Numbered from the stretch's first letter, positions 18,218 to 28,654 are shown. The stretch is DNA of 64,000 nt from a virus (IMGVR_UViG_3300029288_000078:118733-182732), one strand, 5' to 3'. The notes: a model not told the origin generated them from the letters alone. Program-made: numbers and translations.

Positions 18218-18535
18218 CTAAAAGAATTTATCGTTTGTCAGGCGAATCATCATTGATCCTCCCGTTACTGGCGACGTAAAACGAATCGACACCAGATTAC
18301 TTGTACTCCCTTCAACCACTACAAAAGACACGTCTTCTTTAAACAACATGCTTAACTTAGCTTTAATTTTTTCGTTTCGACTAAGCAAAGCTTCTTTCTC
18401 TTTCAGCTTTTTGTCCAAGGCGCTTTTCAATTCTTCTTCAGATAGGTCATCAACTGTTTTAAATGTATTTTTTACAAGTCCGTTGATGTTCCTATCCGCC
18501 TCTCGAAAAATCAAATCCAACAAATCAATACTCAT
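18218..18535 (-). CDS. hypothetical protein
   Basis: ORF. Confidence 0.45.
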   Translation of the reverse strand: MSIDLLDLIFREADRNINGLVKNTFKTVDDLSEEELKSALDKKLKEKEALLSRNEKIKAKLSMLFKEDVSFVVVEGSTSNLVSIRFTSPVTGGSMMIRLTNDKFF

Positions 18536-18598
18536 AGAAAAACCTCCTTAAAAAAGTTATGTTAGCAATAGGCTGAATTTAAACAGGAATATATATTG

Positions 18599-19015
18599 TC
18601 AACACACCTTGCCTCCAAACAATACCTTTTCAGCGTCAGGGTTGTTAGAAATCTCTAAAGCCAACATAAGAGTAGGTTCGTGTAATGACAGTTCTTTTGA
18701 TGCGCGTTTTAGTAACTCCTCAACACGTTTACGCTCTCTTTTAATCGCCGCACGCCCTTTGATGTCATTTTCAGTTTCCACCTTTGTAATATGCCTGCGA
18801 CTGTCAACCAATTTGTTCCATATTTGCAAATCGAAAGCTTCGCGAGACTTATACCCCCCATTAACAAAACGCAAAAGAATGTTCTTGTTTGGGTTCAGCT
18901 CAATAAAATAACCTAACTCCTTAGCCAACGCAGTTTCTTCTTTGTCTTTGCTCGATGGAAATCTTTGTTCTTTTTCTTTCACTTCAAACTCTGCCATGTT
19001 AATCACCACTATCAA
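18599..19015 (-). CDS. hypothetical protein
   Basis: ORF; the start may lie a few codons downstream. Confidence 0.45.
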   Translation of the reverse strand: MIVVINMAEFEVKEKEQRFPSSKDKEETALAKELGYFIELNPNKNILLRFVNGGYKSREAFDLQIWNKLVDSRRHITKVETENDIKGRAAIKRERKRVEELLKRASKELSLHEPTLMLALEISNNPDAEKVLFGGKVC

Positions 19016-19253
19016 TTACGCCAGAAAATTTAATTTCATCATTAAATAAGGCCGCATTCACTATTTGACCACAACCAAATATCCCTTTAGCTTTCAATAA
19101 CGCCACATCTTCATTAGTAACTGGCATTGAACTTTTAATGATTTTATAAACACCAAACCACTGATGACAACAACGTCCTGTAGGGTGAGAGTTATATGCT
19201 GTTCGATTTAAAACAACTTCATTGCCGTTTTCTAATTTAAAAACTTCATCCAT
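18999..19253 (-). CDS. hypothetical protein
   Basis: ORF. Confidence 0.4.
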   Translation of the reverse strand: MDEVFKLENGNEVVLNRTAYNSHPTGRCCHQWFGVYKIIKSSMPVTNEDVALLKAKGIFGCGQIVNAALFNDEIKFSGVIDSGD

Positions 19254-19308
19254 ATTCTTTTCTCCATTTTAAGCAAGACAAAAGAATACCTGAAGTGTTT
19301 TGAAAATA

Positions 19309-19950
19309 CTAGAGGGGCGAAAGAATTATCATAAAGGATTGTGCACTACCATTTAGTTCTATTCGATAAGGCAAGTAACCTGCTTTTTCTACAATTAATT
19401 CTCGCGATTCTTGTTTGACATCCAATACCATCGATTTACTGTTACATATAACTTCATCGCCACCTACAATTGAAATTTTGTCACAAGACGGAAAAGACGC
19501 TATGGTTATCGCTTGATTGTCTGTTTCTATTCTGGTTTTAGCTCCTTTAGTTAGATTTACAGTTTTGCCTGTTTCCATTGTTTGATCTTTAAGAGCCTTG
19601 ATTTTAGATATATCAAACCGACACTCTAAATACACTTTAACTTGTTTGCCTAAATCCTCTACTTGTTCATTTGAAGGCTGACAAACCAATCCTTCATATG
19701 TAGTTAAAGAGTCGGTTTCTTCATGCATATAGACATCTGTTTTGGTTGTCCAAAGTTTTGCATTAACTTTTATTGTTGGATCTAAAAGCCCCGCTACGCT
19801 TTTTTTACATTCATTAATCGCTGCTTTTCGAGCAAATCCTTGAGACATGCTGGTTGCAAAACAAGAAACGTCCACGTAGTTTCCATGACGTTTAATATCT
19901 GCTAATGCTTGATTCGCTGCTAAACATAAAAGAGCTGTTAGAAGTTTCAT
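19309..19950 (-). CDS. secreted protein (signal peptide)
   Basis: N-terminal segment MKLLTALLCLAANQALA. SD AGGAGGAAAAA. Lies downstream of promoter motif D. Confidence 0.5.
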   Translation of the reverse strand: MKLLTALLCLAANQALADIKRHGNYVDVSCFATSMSQGFARKAAINECKKSVAGLLDPTIKVNAKLWTTKTDVYMHEETDSLTTYEGLVCQPSNEQVEDLGKQVKVYLECRFDISKIKALKDQTMETGKTVNLTKGAKTRIETDNQAITIASFPSCDKISIVGGDEVICNSKSMVLDVKQESRELIVEKAGYLPYRIELNGSAQSFMIILSPL

Positions 19951-19965
19951 AATAGTTTTTCCTCC

Positions 19966-19983
19966 TACCTTATATATCGGAGG
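19966..19983 (-). promoter_or_regulatory. conserved promoter-like motif copy D (CCTCCGATATATAAGGTA)
   Basis: Motif match upstream of 19309..19950. Confidence 0.45.
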
Positions 19984-20006
19984 AAATCAGGTTTTCTAAA
20001 GTGGTT

Positions 20007-20381
20007 TTATAGATGATTTGTGATCTTATCGCTGGTTTTTACTTTGGCAGGCAAAACCCTAACAATCTTAATCGTATAGTATGGGGCAAGCATAGCAAAA
20101 AACTCAGTCTTTTTGATCATCGTCTTTAACATCGTTTCTGCGGCTTTTTTTTCTTTATCAAACTCTTCGTTAGAGATCGGCAGCGAATCTCTAGGACTTG
20201 CTGCATTTGGTTTATTGGTGGGGAATAAATAAATATAATTTTGTTGCTTCTCTGCATAAAAAATCAAAACTGAGCTTGCCGATTTAAATGCTACTTTGAT
20301 TAAGGTTTGAAGCCAAGCCACGTGTTGCGGGCTTAGCATTCCAATTCCTGTTTCTTTTCTAATAATCTTTTCTAACGACAA
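20007..20381 (-). CDS. hypothetical protein
   Basis: ORF. Confidence 0.45.
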   Translation of the reverse strand: MSLEKIIRKETGIGMLSPQHVAWLQTLIKVAFKSASSVLIFYAEKQQNYIYLFPTNKPNAASPRDSLPISNEEFDKEKKAAETMLKTMIKKTEFFAMLAPYYTIKIVRVLPAKVKTSDKITNHL

Positions 20382-20390
20382 AAGATGTTC

Positions 20391-20963
20391 CTATACTGCT
20401 GGCAAAAGACTTAGTAAGGCTTCGTTTAGTTGAGGCATTGCAGCTAACACTCTACCCTTCACAGGTATTGCTTTTTTCTCTTTGCCATTAGAACTAATTT
20501 CGCCATGTAACGCTACTTTAGCAAACAAAGCATCATCACTAAATAGCTTGTCAATCGATTCAATCCACATATCAGGAATTTCTATTTCGCCTTCGTTATC
20601 AGCAATTTGTGCAAAATCTACAAATTGTTTTTCTATTCTTTTTATCAGTTTAGGCGACTCTGGCATTGTAAAAACATGTAAATTAATAGCGGCATTAAAC
20701 AAATCAAAAGCAACACTACCTAATGAGAATTTTAAGGTTAAAACATCTCTAAGCGAAGGCACTTCCATTGCATTGATGAAATTTTCTTTTTTAGTTTCAT
20801 ATTCAGCTAGTTTTACAGCATATTCTTGTTCTATTTTTTTATATTTTTCATCATCAGCGTCGCGTTCTTCAGGTGTAGGTTCTGTTGGTTTAATCGGTTC
20901 TATTTCACCAAAAAAAGCAAAAGCAGGTGCAGCAAACGTTCCCATTACATTTTTAACTAACAT
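20391..20963 (-). CDS. hypothetical protein
   Basis: ORF. Confidence 0.45.
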   Translation of the reverse strand: MLVKNVMGTFAAPAFAFFGEIEPIKPTEPTPEERDADDEKYKKIEQEYAVKLAEYETKKENFINAMEVPSLRDVLTLKFSLGSVAFDLFNAAINLHVFTMPESPKLIKRIEKQFVDFAQIADNEGEIEIPDMWIESIDKLFSDDALFAKVALHGEISSNGKEKKAIPVKGRVLAAMPQLNEALLSLLPAV

Positions 20964-21088
20964 AAATTCTCCTTAATAAATTAGAGCCTTAATCTTAAAC
21001 GTGAAATGTATTGCAGTCAAGGCTGTGGGGGTATGCGTTCAAAAAGACTAGATGTTACTATTGATTATTAGACATTAGGAGAAGAAGA

Positions 21089-24000
21089 ATGGCAAATAAC
21101 GGCGTCTCGATGAACATTGCTGTATTTAAAGAGCTGAACGACCAGCTACAAGAAGTGTCTCAAGGCACCGATCTATTTAGAAACCGAATTTCTGGCTTAA
21201 TGAAAGACTTGCAAGGACTATCTCAAGTAGTATCTTCCATACCCGCAGGCTTAAACAATCTCAACAAACAAATGAGTCAAGCCGGAAACGCAGCTTCATT
21301 CAATGCTAATAACGTTGTTTCTGAAGTGCAAAAACAAAACATACCTTCATACATGACGGAGCAAACGTTTCAACGGCCTCCAGCAGAAAACTTGCCTATC
21401 CAAATCAACACAACGAATGGAAAGTCGCCTGCAAGTAATTTTCTCGCACAACTCGGAAACAATAATGTCGTACAGCCACAACCACCTGTACAGAACAACA
21501 CAAACTATAACGCTCCGCAGCCTCAGCCCACAGTGCCTTATTTAGCAAGACAGTATCAAACACCTCGCTATGATGATTTTCAAAAAATGGTTAATATCGA
21601 TAAACTACAAACTCCAGAAAGCAAGGCCAAAGCTTCTGAACAAATCGATAATTTAACTAAAGGATTATCTTCAGTAGACAAAACAATCGCTAAAGTTTTA
21701 TCAAAAGAATTATCAGATTTGAAAAAAGAATTTTCTGACGGCTCTGATATGTTTAAAAAATACAACGAATCTTTAACTAAATTTGAACAACTAAAAGCAG
21801 GCGGAGCTAAAGAAGAATTATTAGAAAAAGCAGCGAAAGAATTAAGTGACGCTGCTGCAACCATTAAAGACAGTGCGGGTAAACTAGCTGACGTTTCTAA
21901 AGCTTCTGAACAACTCATATCCGAACAACCTACGGCAAAAAAAGGTTTGGGAGTTGCTACAAAAGTTGCGATGGGATTAGAAGCTGCGGCCTTTGTTGCT
22001 CATACGGCTGCAACTGTCACACGTCAAGGTTTTGATTTCTATAAAGACATGGAAGCCAGAGATATTACATCTGGGCGAGAAACACTAACAGGGCGTGGTG
22101 CATTAGCGCAAAAACAATTTGGCATGGTTGGCGAGCAGTTCAACATGTATAACGCTCGAAACCTAATGCGTTGGGGTGGCGATTTAATGGCACCCAACTT
22201 AATGCAATATGCCGGACAAGAAGGATATGGAAAGGCAAAGAATAAATCATTTGAAGAACTAGCTCGTGAACAGCAACTTAAACAAACAGAAATGAAAACG
22301 AATTTAGTTGCTGGTGGACTAGAAACAGGCGGTAGTTTATTAAAAGCCATTGCTGCACCTGCTTTAGTGGGAGCTGCTGCTGGTAGCATAATACCTGGTT
22401 TAGGTACCGCAGTTGGTGCAGGCGCTGGAGCTATTGCCGGTATTGCCAGTTTATTCATGGTGGGAAATGCTGTTAAAGACGCTGCAATATCTGCAAATAA
22501 AATGGCAACTCAATATGCCGCTGCGCCTGCTCAAGAAATAACAGGAGGAAGAGCCAACAGCTGGTATGGACAAATGGCAAATTGGGCGTTTGGCACACAA
22601 GAAAACACTGCCGACATAGCGAACCGAACAAGAGATCGCGTTGCTGTCGAACAAGCAAATCAATTTAGAGACAGGGCACGCGCATATCAAGACGCCGAAA
22701 TTGAGAGATTGCCTTTTGTTGAGCAAGGCGTACAAAAATATCAAGACATTAAACAAGCTCGACAACAAGCTTTATCACAATTAGGTAAATTTGCAGGTTT
22801 GCCTTTTGGAGAACTATCTGCTGAATCACGTAATCAAGTTGCAAATATTATTGAACCAACCGCTGCTGCTACTAAAAAACAAGTTAGTCAATATTTAGCC
22901 AATACGCCGGGTGCTATAGAAAATCTTACTGGCGCTAAATTACAAGAAATACAATCTGACGCTCGAATCAAGGGCGCTGAAGCAAGCGTTACCGATGTTA
23001 TTGCAAAAGAAATGACAAGAGACGCACGTGGTAATTTTGCAAGTCCGAGTATGAAGTTCGCTAATATGGGACTTGGTTTGTCTGAAGTTCAACAACGCGC
23101 TTATCAATACCAACAATCTCTCGGCATCGGACAAATGAAAACCACCGAACAAGCCGTTAACGATAGCGCTTTTAATCGTCTTAATAGAATGAGTTTAGCT
23201 GGTGTCGGTTCTTTTGAACAACTCACAGGAAACGTTACCGCTCTAAGTCAAATTAGTGGTGGCAGTACTCGTAATAATGAAAAACAACTTGAAACGATAT
23301 TAGCCAAAGGAGTTGAGGCAGGATTTAATAGCTCACGCCTTTCACAAAGCTTAGTTCAAACCACTACAGAAATTGCGGCTGGATTAAATTTAAGAAATGT
23401 AAGCGGAGTTGCCACAACTGTATTAGACACTGCAAGAGTTATAGGCGGAGGAAAAGCTGACGAACGTACCATGAAAGACGCAGCAGCCAGTATTCAACAA
23501 TATGCTCAGTTTACCGGACAAAAAGAAGGTCCGATGGGCATGTTAAATATGGCGAATGCGTTAAGAGCAGGATTCACGCCCGGAAAAGGGCTAAGCACCG
23601 CACTGAATATGAATGAAATGCAAGTTAAAGACATGCAGCAACGTATTCAACAATTAGGTGGACTTGAAGCCGCTAAAAGAATTGCCGAAACCGATCCTAG
23701 TAAAATTCCTGATTTTGAAATGCGCTTTTTGTTAAAAAACAATCCAGAAGCGCTTGGAAAATTAATTGAAACAAAAAAAGAAGTTGGATTAAATGTATTT
23801 TCCGGTGGATGGAAAGCTACAGGACAGCAAGGCACTTTAGAAGATGCCAGAGCTAAATTCATTAAAGATATGGATAGTGCAAAAACGCAAAAAGAAAAAA
23901 GCAAGATTACTGAAGATTTCACTATGAAGTTAACTGCGGCTGGAGAATATGCAGGCAAGGCTAACTTGATACCAGCGGTTATTGCCGAAACGTTAAGTGA

Positions 24001-24490
24001 AACCAAAGCAGGACAAGCAGAAAACAAACAAAGATTTCTTAAAACAGAATCCTCAAGACGATTAGTTGATGCAGAAAAACAACAACAAGCTGGCTTCGAA
24101 ACCGTGATGGGCAGACTTGGAAAAGAATTTGCTGGCCACACCCTTAACGCCAATCAATATGTACAAGCTCTTAGTGCAGGCAAAATGACAACCACTATCG
24201 ACGGCAAACAATATACCGGCGAACAACTTCAAAAAGAAATGGCAGAAAGAAAAGCAAAGGGCGACAATTCTTTTGAAGAAAAAGTTAAAGAACGTGCCCA
24301 AGAAGAAACGGTATCAAGCATGGCGGCAAAACGAGCAAGCGTATCAAACGATCTAAGTGCGCCGCCAAGTAAAACAAATATTACTGGAATAGAACTAGCA
24401 GCTGCAACTACATTAGCGCAAGCTATTGCCAAAGAAATGCGAACACAACCAGCAAACCCTTCCACTCCAGTATTTGGAGCTAATAGATAA
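21089..24490 (+). CDS. tail tape measure protein
   Basis: 1133 aa. Coiled-coil-rich with a Gly/Ala-rich hydrophobic segment (GAAAGSIIPGLGTAVGAGAGAIAGIASLF). Sits directly upstream of the hub and spike genes. Confidence 0.7.
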   Translation: MANNGVSMNIAVFKELNDQLQEVSQGTDLFRNRISGLMKDLQGLSQVVSSIPAGLNNLNKQMSQAGNAASFNANNVVSEVQKQNIPSYMTEQTFQRPPAENLPIQINTTNGKSPASNFLAQLGNNNVVQPQPPVQNNTNYNAPQPQPTVPYLARQYQTPRYDDFQKMVNIDKLQTPESKAKASEQIDNLTKGLSSVDKTIAKVLSKELSDLKKEFSDGSDMFKKYNESLTKFEQLKAGGAKEELLEKAAKELSDAAATIKDSAGKLADVSKASEQLISEQPTAKKGLGVATKVAMGLEAAAFVAHTAATVTRQGFDFYKDMEARDITSGRETLTGRGALAQKQFGMVGEQFNMYNARNLMRWGGDLMAPNLMQYAGQEGYGKAKNKSFEELAREQQLKQTEMKTNLVAGGLETGGSLLKAIAAPALVGAAAGSIIPGLGTAVGAGAGAIAGIASLFMVGNAVKDAAISANKMATQYAAAPAQEITGGRANSWYGQMANWAFGTQENTADIANRTRDRVAVEQANQFRDRARAYQDAEIERLPFVEQGVQKYQDIKQARQQALSQLGKFAGLPFGELSAESRNQVANIIEPTAAATKKQVSQYLANTPGAIENLTGAKLQEIQSDARIKGAEASVTDVIAKEMTRDARGNFASPSMKFANMGLGLSEVQQRAYQYQQSLGIGQMKTTEQAVNDSAFNRLNRMSLAGVGSFEQLTGNVTALSQISGGSTRNNEKQLETILAKGVEAGFNSSRLSQSLVQTTTEIAAGLNLRNVSGVATTVLDTARVIGGGKADERTMKDAAASIQQYAQFTGQKEGPMGMLNMANALRAGFTPGKGLSTALNMNEMQVKDMQQRIQQLGGLEAAKRIAETDPSKIPDFEMRFLLKNNPEALGKLIETKKEVGLNVFSGGWKATGQQGTLEDARAKFIKDMDSAKTQKEKSKITEDFTMKLTAAGEYAGKANLIPAVIAETLSETKAGQAENKQRFLKTESSRRLVDAEKQQQAGFETVMGRLGKEFAGHTLNANQYVQALSAGKMTTTIDGKQYTGEQLQKEMAERKAKGDNSFEEKVKERAQEETVSSMAAKRASVSNDLSAPPSKTNITGIELAAATTLAQAIAKEMRTQPANPSTPVFGANR

Positions 24491-26331
24491 TGACAAAAAA
24501 CGAACCAATCGAAAATGGTAGATTTTATTTACACGTTTATCCGTGGAAAACAAATTTCCCACCACATAGTTCTAAGGAAAAGATTACGGAAGATGGCACG
24601 CCTACTATTGTTAGCGATGGCGTTTTGTCCATGCAAATTCATCGATCTAAAGCAAACCCTTATGGCACTGCTGTTTTAAACTTTTTTGGGCCATTACCTT
24701 CTGTCATATTTCCGGGAAACTGGTGTGTAATCAGAAGTTACGATGGTGTACAAAACACAGAAGAAACTAATACTGACGATTCGACTGGCGCATTTGGAGA
24801 AACAATATCAGGCGGCATTGTTAAATTCTTCGGGCAGATTTATTCTTTTAATACTTCTTATCAAGCCAATGCGGGCGGTGGGTTAGCGCAACATACGTCT
24901 ATCAATATTAGAGAATGGTCGTTTTTATATTCCGTGCCAGTTAGATATGATTCATATGCAATGCTAAACACAATAGACACCGAATACATTAAATGGGCTG
25001 CACAATTTGATTCGATTACTAAAACAAAAGATTGGGATAAAGTCGCATCAGCCGTGGTCGATCCGTTTCAGTTTTGTGCATTAACGTTGCAATGGATTGG
25101 CGCGTTATCTACAAAAGGACTTGATCAACTACAAAACGGCGACACTTATAAGAGCAATTTTGGCAATGTAGATGTCGCAAACTTAACACTACCTGACGTT
25201 GCATTACTCTTACCTAAAATACCTAGAAAGCTATTAGAAGATTTAGGAGTAACTGGAGAATCACTAGACGCTCCTTTTGCTGGTGATCTCGTTGTTCAGC
25301 AATTTGGCATACAAGGCAGCGGCTGTTCAAGTTATTACGATTCTCAATTAGGTGCATTTAATGATTCAGCATCTTTTGCCGGCACAATAGAAGAAGCTAC
25401 AAAACGGCCTCTGTATTCCAATATCATGTCTGTTTTTGTAAATGGTCAATCAGTTTGGGATCTATTAAACCAAGGCTGCGATAAGTTTGTTAATGAAATT
25501 TTTACAGATTTAATTTATTACAAAGACAATGGAAAAATCATTGCCAGACCACTCTTAGTATTCCGCGACAAGCCTTTCATGTTAAAAAAGTATAAAGAAA
25601 TGGAACTTGGCAAAGGATTATCAAGCAGCGCGAACTGGTCTGTATATGACAATTTACCTAGAGTTGACGTGCCGACAGAAACAATAGAACGCGCAGACTT
25701 CACCCTTACTTTTACAGACAGTCCTAATTACATTCGAGTTCAATATGTGTCACAAGGCGTCTTAGATAATACAAATCAATCTGTCTTAGCTGACTTACAA
25801 GGAACGATACGATTACCTTCTGAAATGCTTAGGTATGGCGGCCAAACTGCTTACATACAAACCCCATATACTTCTGGCGATGGTAGTTTTCTTCCTACAT
25901 GGTATCGCGACGTATCTACACTCACTGCATATTGGGATGGTTTGTTATATCGAATGCCTTCTGTTCAGCTCATCATTAGAGATACAAATATTTGTTTTAC
26001 AGTTGGTTTCAATGTGCGTTTTAAATTTAATAACAATACATTTGTTGGTCATTTAAAAAACTATTCCATTACCTATTCAAGAAGCCAAGAAGGCACTCAC
26101 AAAACCACAACAGTATTAAACCTAGAAAGAGTAGTAATAGAATATCCAAATAAAGATCTTGGTTTCATGCCAGAATCTCTTATTAGAAATATTTATTCCA
26201 CAAACAGTTTGCCAGACGACGATGCGGGATTAAATCTTACTAATCCATTTGAAACAATCGAAGACAAAGAAACTTCGGACAACCATGATAAAACTGCTCT
26301 TCGAAATGAGAGCAAGTTATTTAGGATTTAA
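24490..26331 (+). CDS. tail hub / distal tail protein (gp27/gpD-like?)
   Basis: 613 aa. ATGA-type overlap with the tape measure gene. Assignment is based on gene order only. Confidence 0.4.
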   Translation: MTKNEPIENGRFYLHVYPWKTNFPPHSSKEKITEDGTPTIVSDGVLSMQIHRSKANPYGTAVLNFFGPLPSVIFPGNWCVIRSYDGVQNTEETNTDDSTGAFGETISGGIVKFFGQIYSFNTSYQANAGGGLAQHTSINIREWSFLYSVPVRYDSYAMLNTIDTEYIKWAAQFDSITKTKDWDKVASAVVDPFQFCALTLQWIGALSTKGLDQLQNGDTYKSNFGNVDVANLTLPDVALLLPKIPRKLLEDLGVTGESLDAPFAGDLVVQQFGIQGSGCSSYYDSQLGAFNDSASFAGTIEEATKRPLYSNIMSVFVNGQSVWDLLNQGCDKFVNEIFTDLIYYKDNGKIIARPLLVFRDKPFMLKKYKEMELGKGLSSSANWSVYDNLPRVDVPTETIERADFTLTFTDSPNYIRVQYVSQGVLDNTNQSVLADLQGTIRLPSEMLRYGGQTAYIQTPYTSGDGSFLPTWYRDVSTLTAYWDGLLYRMPSVQLIIRDTNICFTVGFNVRFKFNNNTFVGHLKNYSITYSRSQEGTHKTTTVLNLERVVIEYPNKDLGFMPESLIRNIYSTNSLPDDDAGLNLTNPFETIEDKETSDNHDKTALRNESKLFRI

Positions 26332-26334
26332 TAT

Positions 26335-27813
26335 ATGCAACAAAATGGCCACTTTCAAATGCCTTTTTTATTAGCCGGTGAAATAATTGGCACTAGTAAA
26401 GAAAAAAAAGGCGTTGAGTTTGCAATCAAAGACGGTAATGAAACAGACAAGGCCGTTGGATATACAGTAATGGTTACGTTTCCAAATGGAAGTCGTACCG
26501 TGTTTTCTAACGTCGTGACCGGCTGTTTGTTTGGCGGCATAGGTGACTTTTTCCAAATCAGATTACGAGCAAGTGGTGATTTAAATTTTGCAGCTCCAGA
26601 AACAAAAGACGATGCAAAAAAAACAGTTACCTCAATCGGCGCTCGCGTAATGGTTGCATTTATCGGAGGAGATACTCGCAAACCTGTTATCGTTGGAGGA
26701 TTACCACACCCACAACGAGCTTTTGATTTGCCTGATGACACACAAAACCTCCCACAAGCTAAATTTTCTTATCAAGGATTTGAAGTAACCATAGATCCAC
26801 TAGGTCAAGTCTTTTTTACCTCTAGGGGAAGTCCAGATGAATCAAATGGCACAGAAACTACGGAATCAGTCAAACGAGAAGACGTTGGCCCTGTAGATTT
26901 GCCTGCCAGAGAAACCAATTCTCCGTTGCCGGCAACCGCAATGGTTCCAAACAAACCGCCAAAAATACCAACAAAACCTTTTTCAGAAGAACCAACAGTA
27001 AACGAATCATTAAAATATCCCGATAAAAAATACACTTCAGAAATGGGATTTTTAGAACTTGGCGAATGGTTTTTTGTAGATTCAGAAGGGCAAGTTATCT
27101 TCTTTGATAGAGATTCAAAAACTTTAACTTTATCTAATGGTAACGACACTATTCAAATCGACAAAGAACATAAAAAGATTTTTCTACAATCTTCTGGAGA
27201 TATAGAAACAACTACACAAAATGATTACGTTACTTCAGTAGGCGGCAATAAACACCAGACTATAAAAAAAGACGAATCTTACGCCATTAAAGGAAATGAA
27301 AATCGTTTTGTTGGTAATTCGCGCACCACTAATATTACGGATAAAGATAAAAATAAAATAGGCACTGCGTGGGAAATTGAAATAGGTACTGCCGAAAAAG
27401 TTGCAGGCGGTTCAGGCAAGTCGAGCGATAAGCATAGAGCTTCCATTAAACTATCTACCGGAAACTCTCTAGTGTTGGATGACGATAATGTTGTTATAAC
27501 ACATAAATCAGGTTCCAAAATCACCATGGATAAAAACGGCAAAGTAGAAATCATTGGCAATAAAGAAGTAGCAATAACAGGTTCAGATCAAGTCAGCGTT
27601 ACTGGCAAGCAAATAGATATTAAAGGTGGCAATGTCACGGTTGGCGACGGAGCTTCTATGTCTGCTGTCTTAGGTGAGAATTTAGCTGAATGGTTAGACC
27701 AACATATCCATCCTACTGGCACAGGCCCAAGCTCTCCTCCACTTATTCCTACCTCTTCATTTAAGGGTTCTCCAAAAGATATTTTAAGCGGCACTGTTAA
27801 AGTGAATAAATAG
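26335..27813 (+). CDS. central tail spike (gp5/gpV/VgrG-like) with beta-helix and HxH tip
   Basis: OB-fold motif ARVMVAFIGGDTRKPVIVGGL matches Phage_base_V. Repetitive beta-helix segment follows. C-terminal tip QHIHPTG. Confidence 0.7.
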   Translation: MQQNGHFQMPFLLAGEIIGTSKEKKGVEFAIKDGNETDKAVGYTVMVTFPNGSRTVFSNVVTGCLFGGIGDFFQIRLRASGDLNFAAPETKDDAKKTVTSIGARVMVAFIGGDTRKPVIVGGLPHPQRAFDLPDDTQNLPQAKFSYQGFEVTIDPLGQVFFTSRGSPDESNGTETTESVKREDVGPVDLPARETNSPLPATAMVPNKPPKIPTKPFSEEPTVNESLKYPDKKYTSEMGFLELGEWFFVDSEGQVIFFDRDSKTLTLSNGNDTIQIDKEHKKIFLQSSGDIETTTQNDYVTSVGGNKHQTIKKDESYAIKGNENRFVGNSRTTNITDKDKNKIGTAWEIEIGTAEKVAGGSGKSSDKHRASIKLSTGNSLVLDDDNVVITHKSGSKITMDKNGKVEIIGNKEVAITGSDQVSVTGKQIDIKGGNVTVGDGASMSAVLGENLAEWLDQHIHPTGTGPSSPPLIPTSSFKGSPKDILSGTVKVNK

Positions 27814-27867
27814 CCTATTGCCTTCGTGTGTTTTTTACAGTAGGGTGGCCTTCTCTCAGGAGGGCAC

Positions 27868-28320
27868 ATGTGGATTATTAGCAATGTAGACGAGTTATGT
27901 ATAAACATGAAACACGTTGAATCTGTTATTTATGATTTACACACTACCAATTCAGGCTCTCTGCTCTTTTCTTGGGGCAATGAACAATTACATATTAGTG
28001 GTGAACTTTTTAAACAAGCTACCGCGACGCCAACACCTCCACCTGCAATCACTACAAGAATAAAACTCTTTCATCATTTTAAAGACGCAGGGTTTCCTCT
28101 GTTGATCGACCTAACTCAAATTAAAGTAATACGCCGCACTCCTTTTGGACTGATTTTTTATCGGAGATTTTTCAATGAGTCATTTTGGAATACAGAAACC
28201 GCCTTCCAACTTAGATGTGCCGAACTTATTAACTGCGAAGAAATTTACAAAGCAGATCAGTCTGAATGGGCTAATTGTTGCGCTGAAATTAAACCGAACC
28301 AATCCAGCTTTAACTCCTAG
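27868..28320 (+). CDS. hypothetical protein
   Basis: ORF that overlaps the next ORF by 146 nt. Confidence 0.3.
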   Translation: MWIISNVDELCINMKHVESVIYDLHTTNSGSLLFSWGNEQLHISGELFKQATATPTPPPAITTRIKLFHHFKDAGFPLLIDLTQIKVIRRTPFGLIFYRRFFNESFWNTETAFQLRCAELINCEEIYKADQSEWANCCAEIKPNQSSFNS

Positions 28321-28654
28321 ATATAAAGACAAGTACAAAGCTATTCGAGATTTTTATAAAAGATTAGTTATACGCATAGACATGAAGGGATATATGTGGG
28401 TTCAAAAACACCCTGATGACGAAAGTTTAGTACTACTGCGATATAACACCTTAACGTCTTTTTTACGAAACGACTATAAGGAATGGTGTGAAGATTTTAA
28501 CATCCTCTTTATTAACGCTGAATTTAAATTTTTATTCGACCAAGTAATCTATGACGTACTTGTACATACAAAATATTTATATGCTCATCCAGAACTTGCA
28601 AAAGAACAGGGAGCACTAAAAGAAGAATTGATGGACAATAAGCGACACCTTTGA
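28175..28654 (+). CDS. hypothetical protein
   Basis: ORF with RBS GGAGA. Start uncertain because of the overlap. Confidence 0.35.
   Translation: MSHFGIQKPPSNLDVPNLLTAKKFTKQISLNGLIVALKLNRTNPALTPRYKDKYKAIRDFYKRLVIRIDMKGYMWVQKHPDDESLVLLRYNTLTSFLRNDYKEWCEDFNILFINAEFKFLFDQVIYDVLVHTKYLYAHPELAKEQGALKEELMDNKRHL

Noticed and set aside
21580-24465. Several 60-170-aa antisense ORFs nested inside the tape-measure gene.
   Set aside because: They are embedded in the opposite strand of a long, clearly coding gene. They are low-complexity with no RBS and are artefacts of GC/AT skew.
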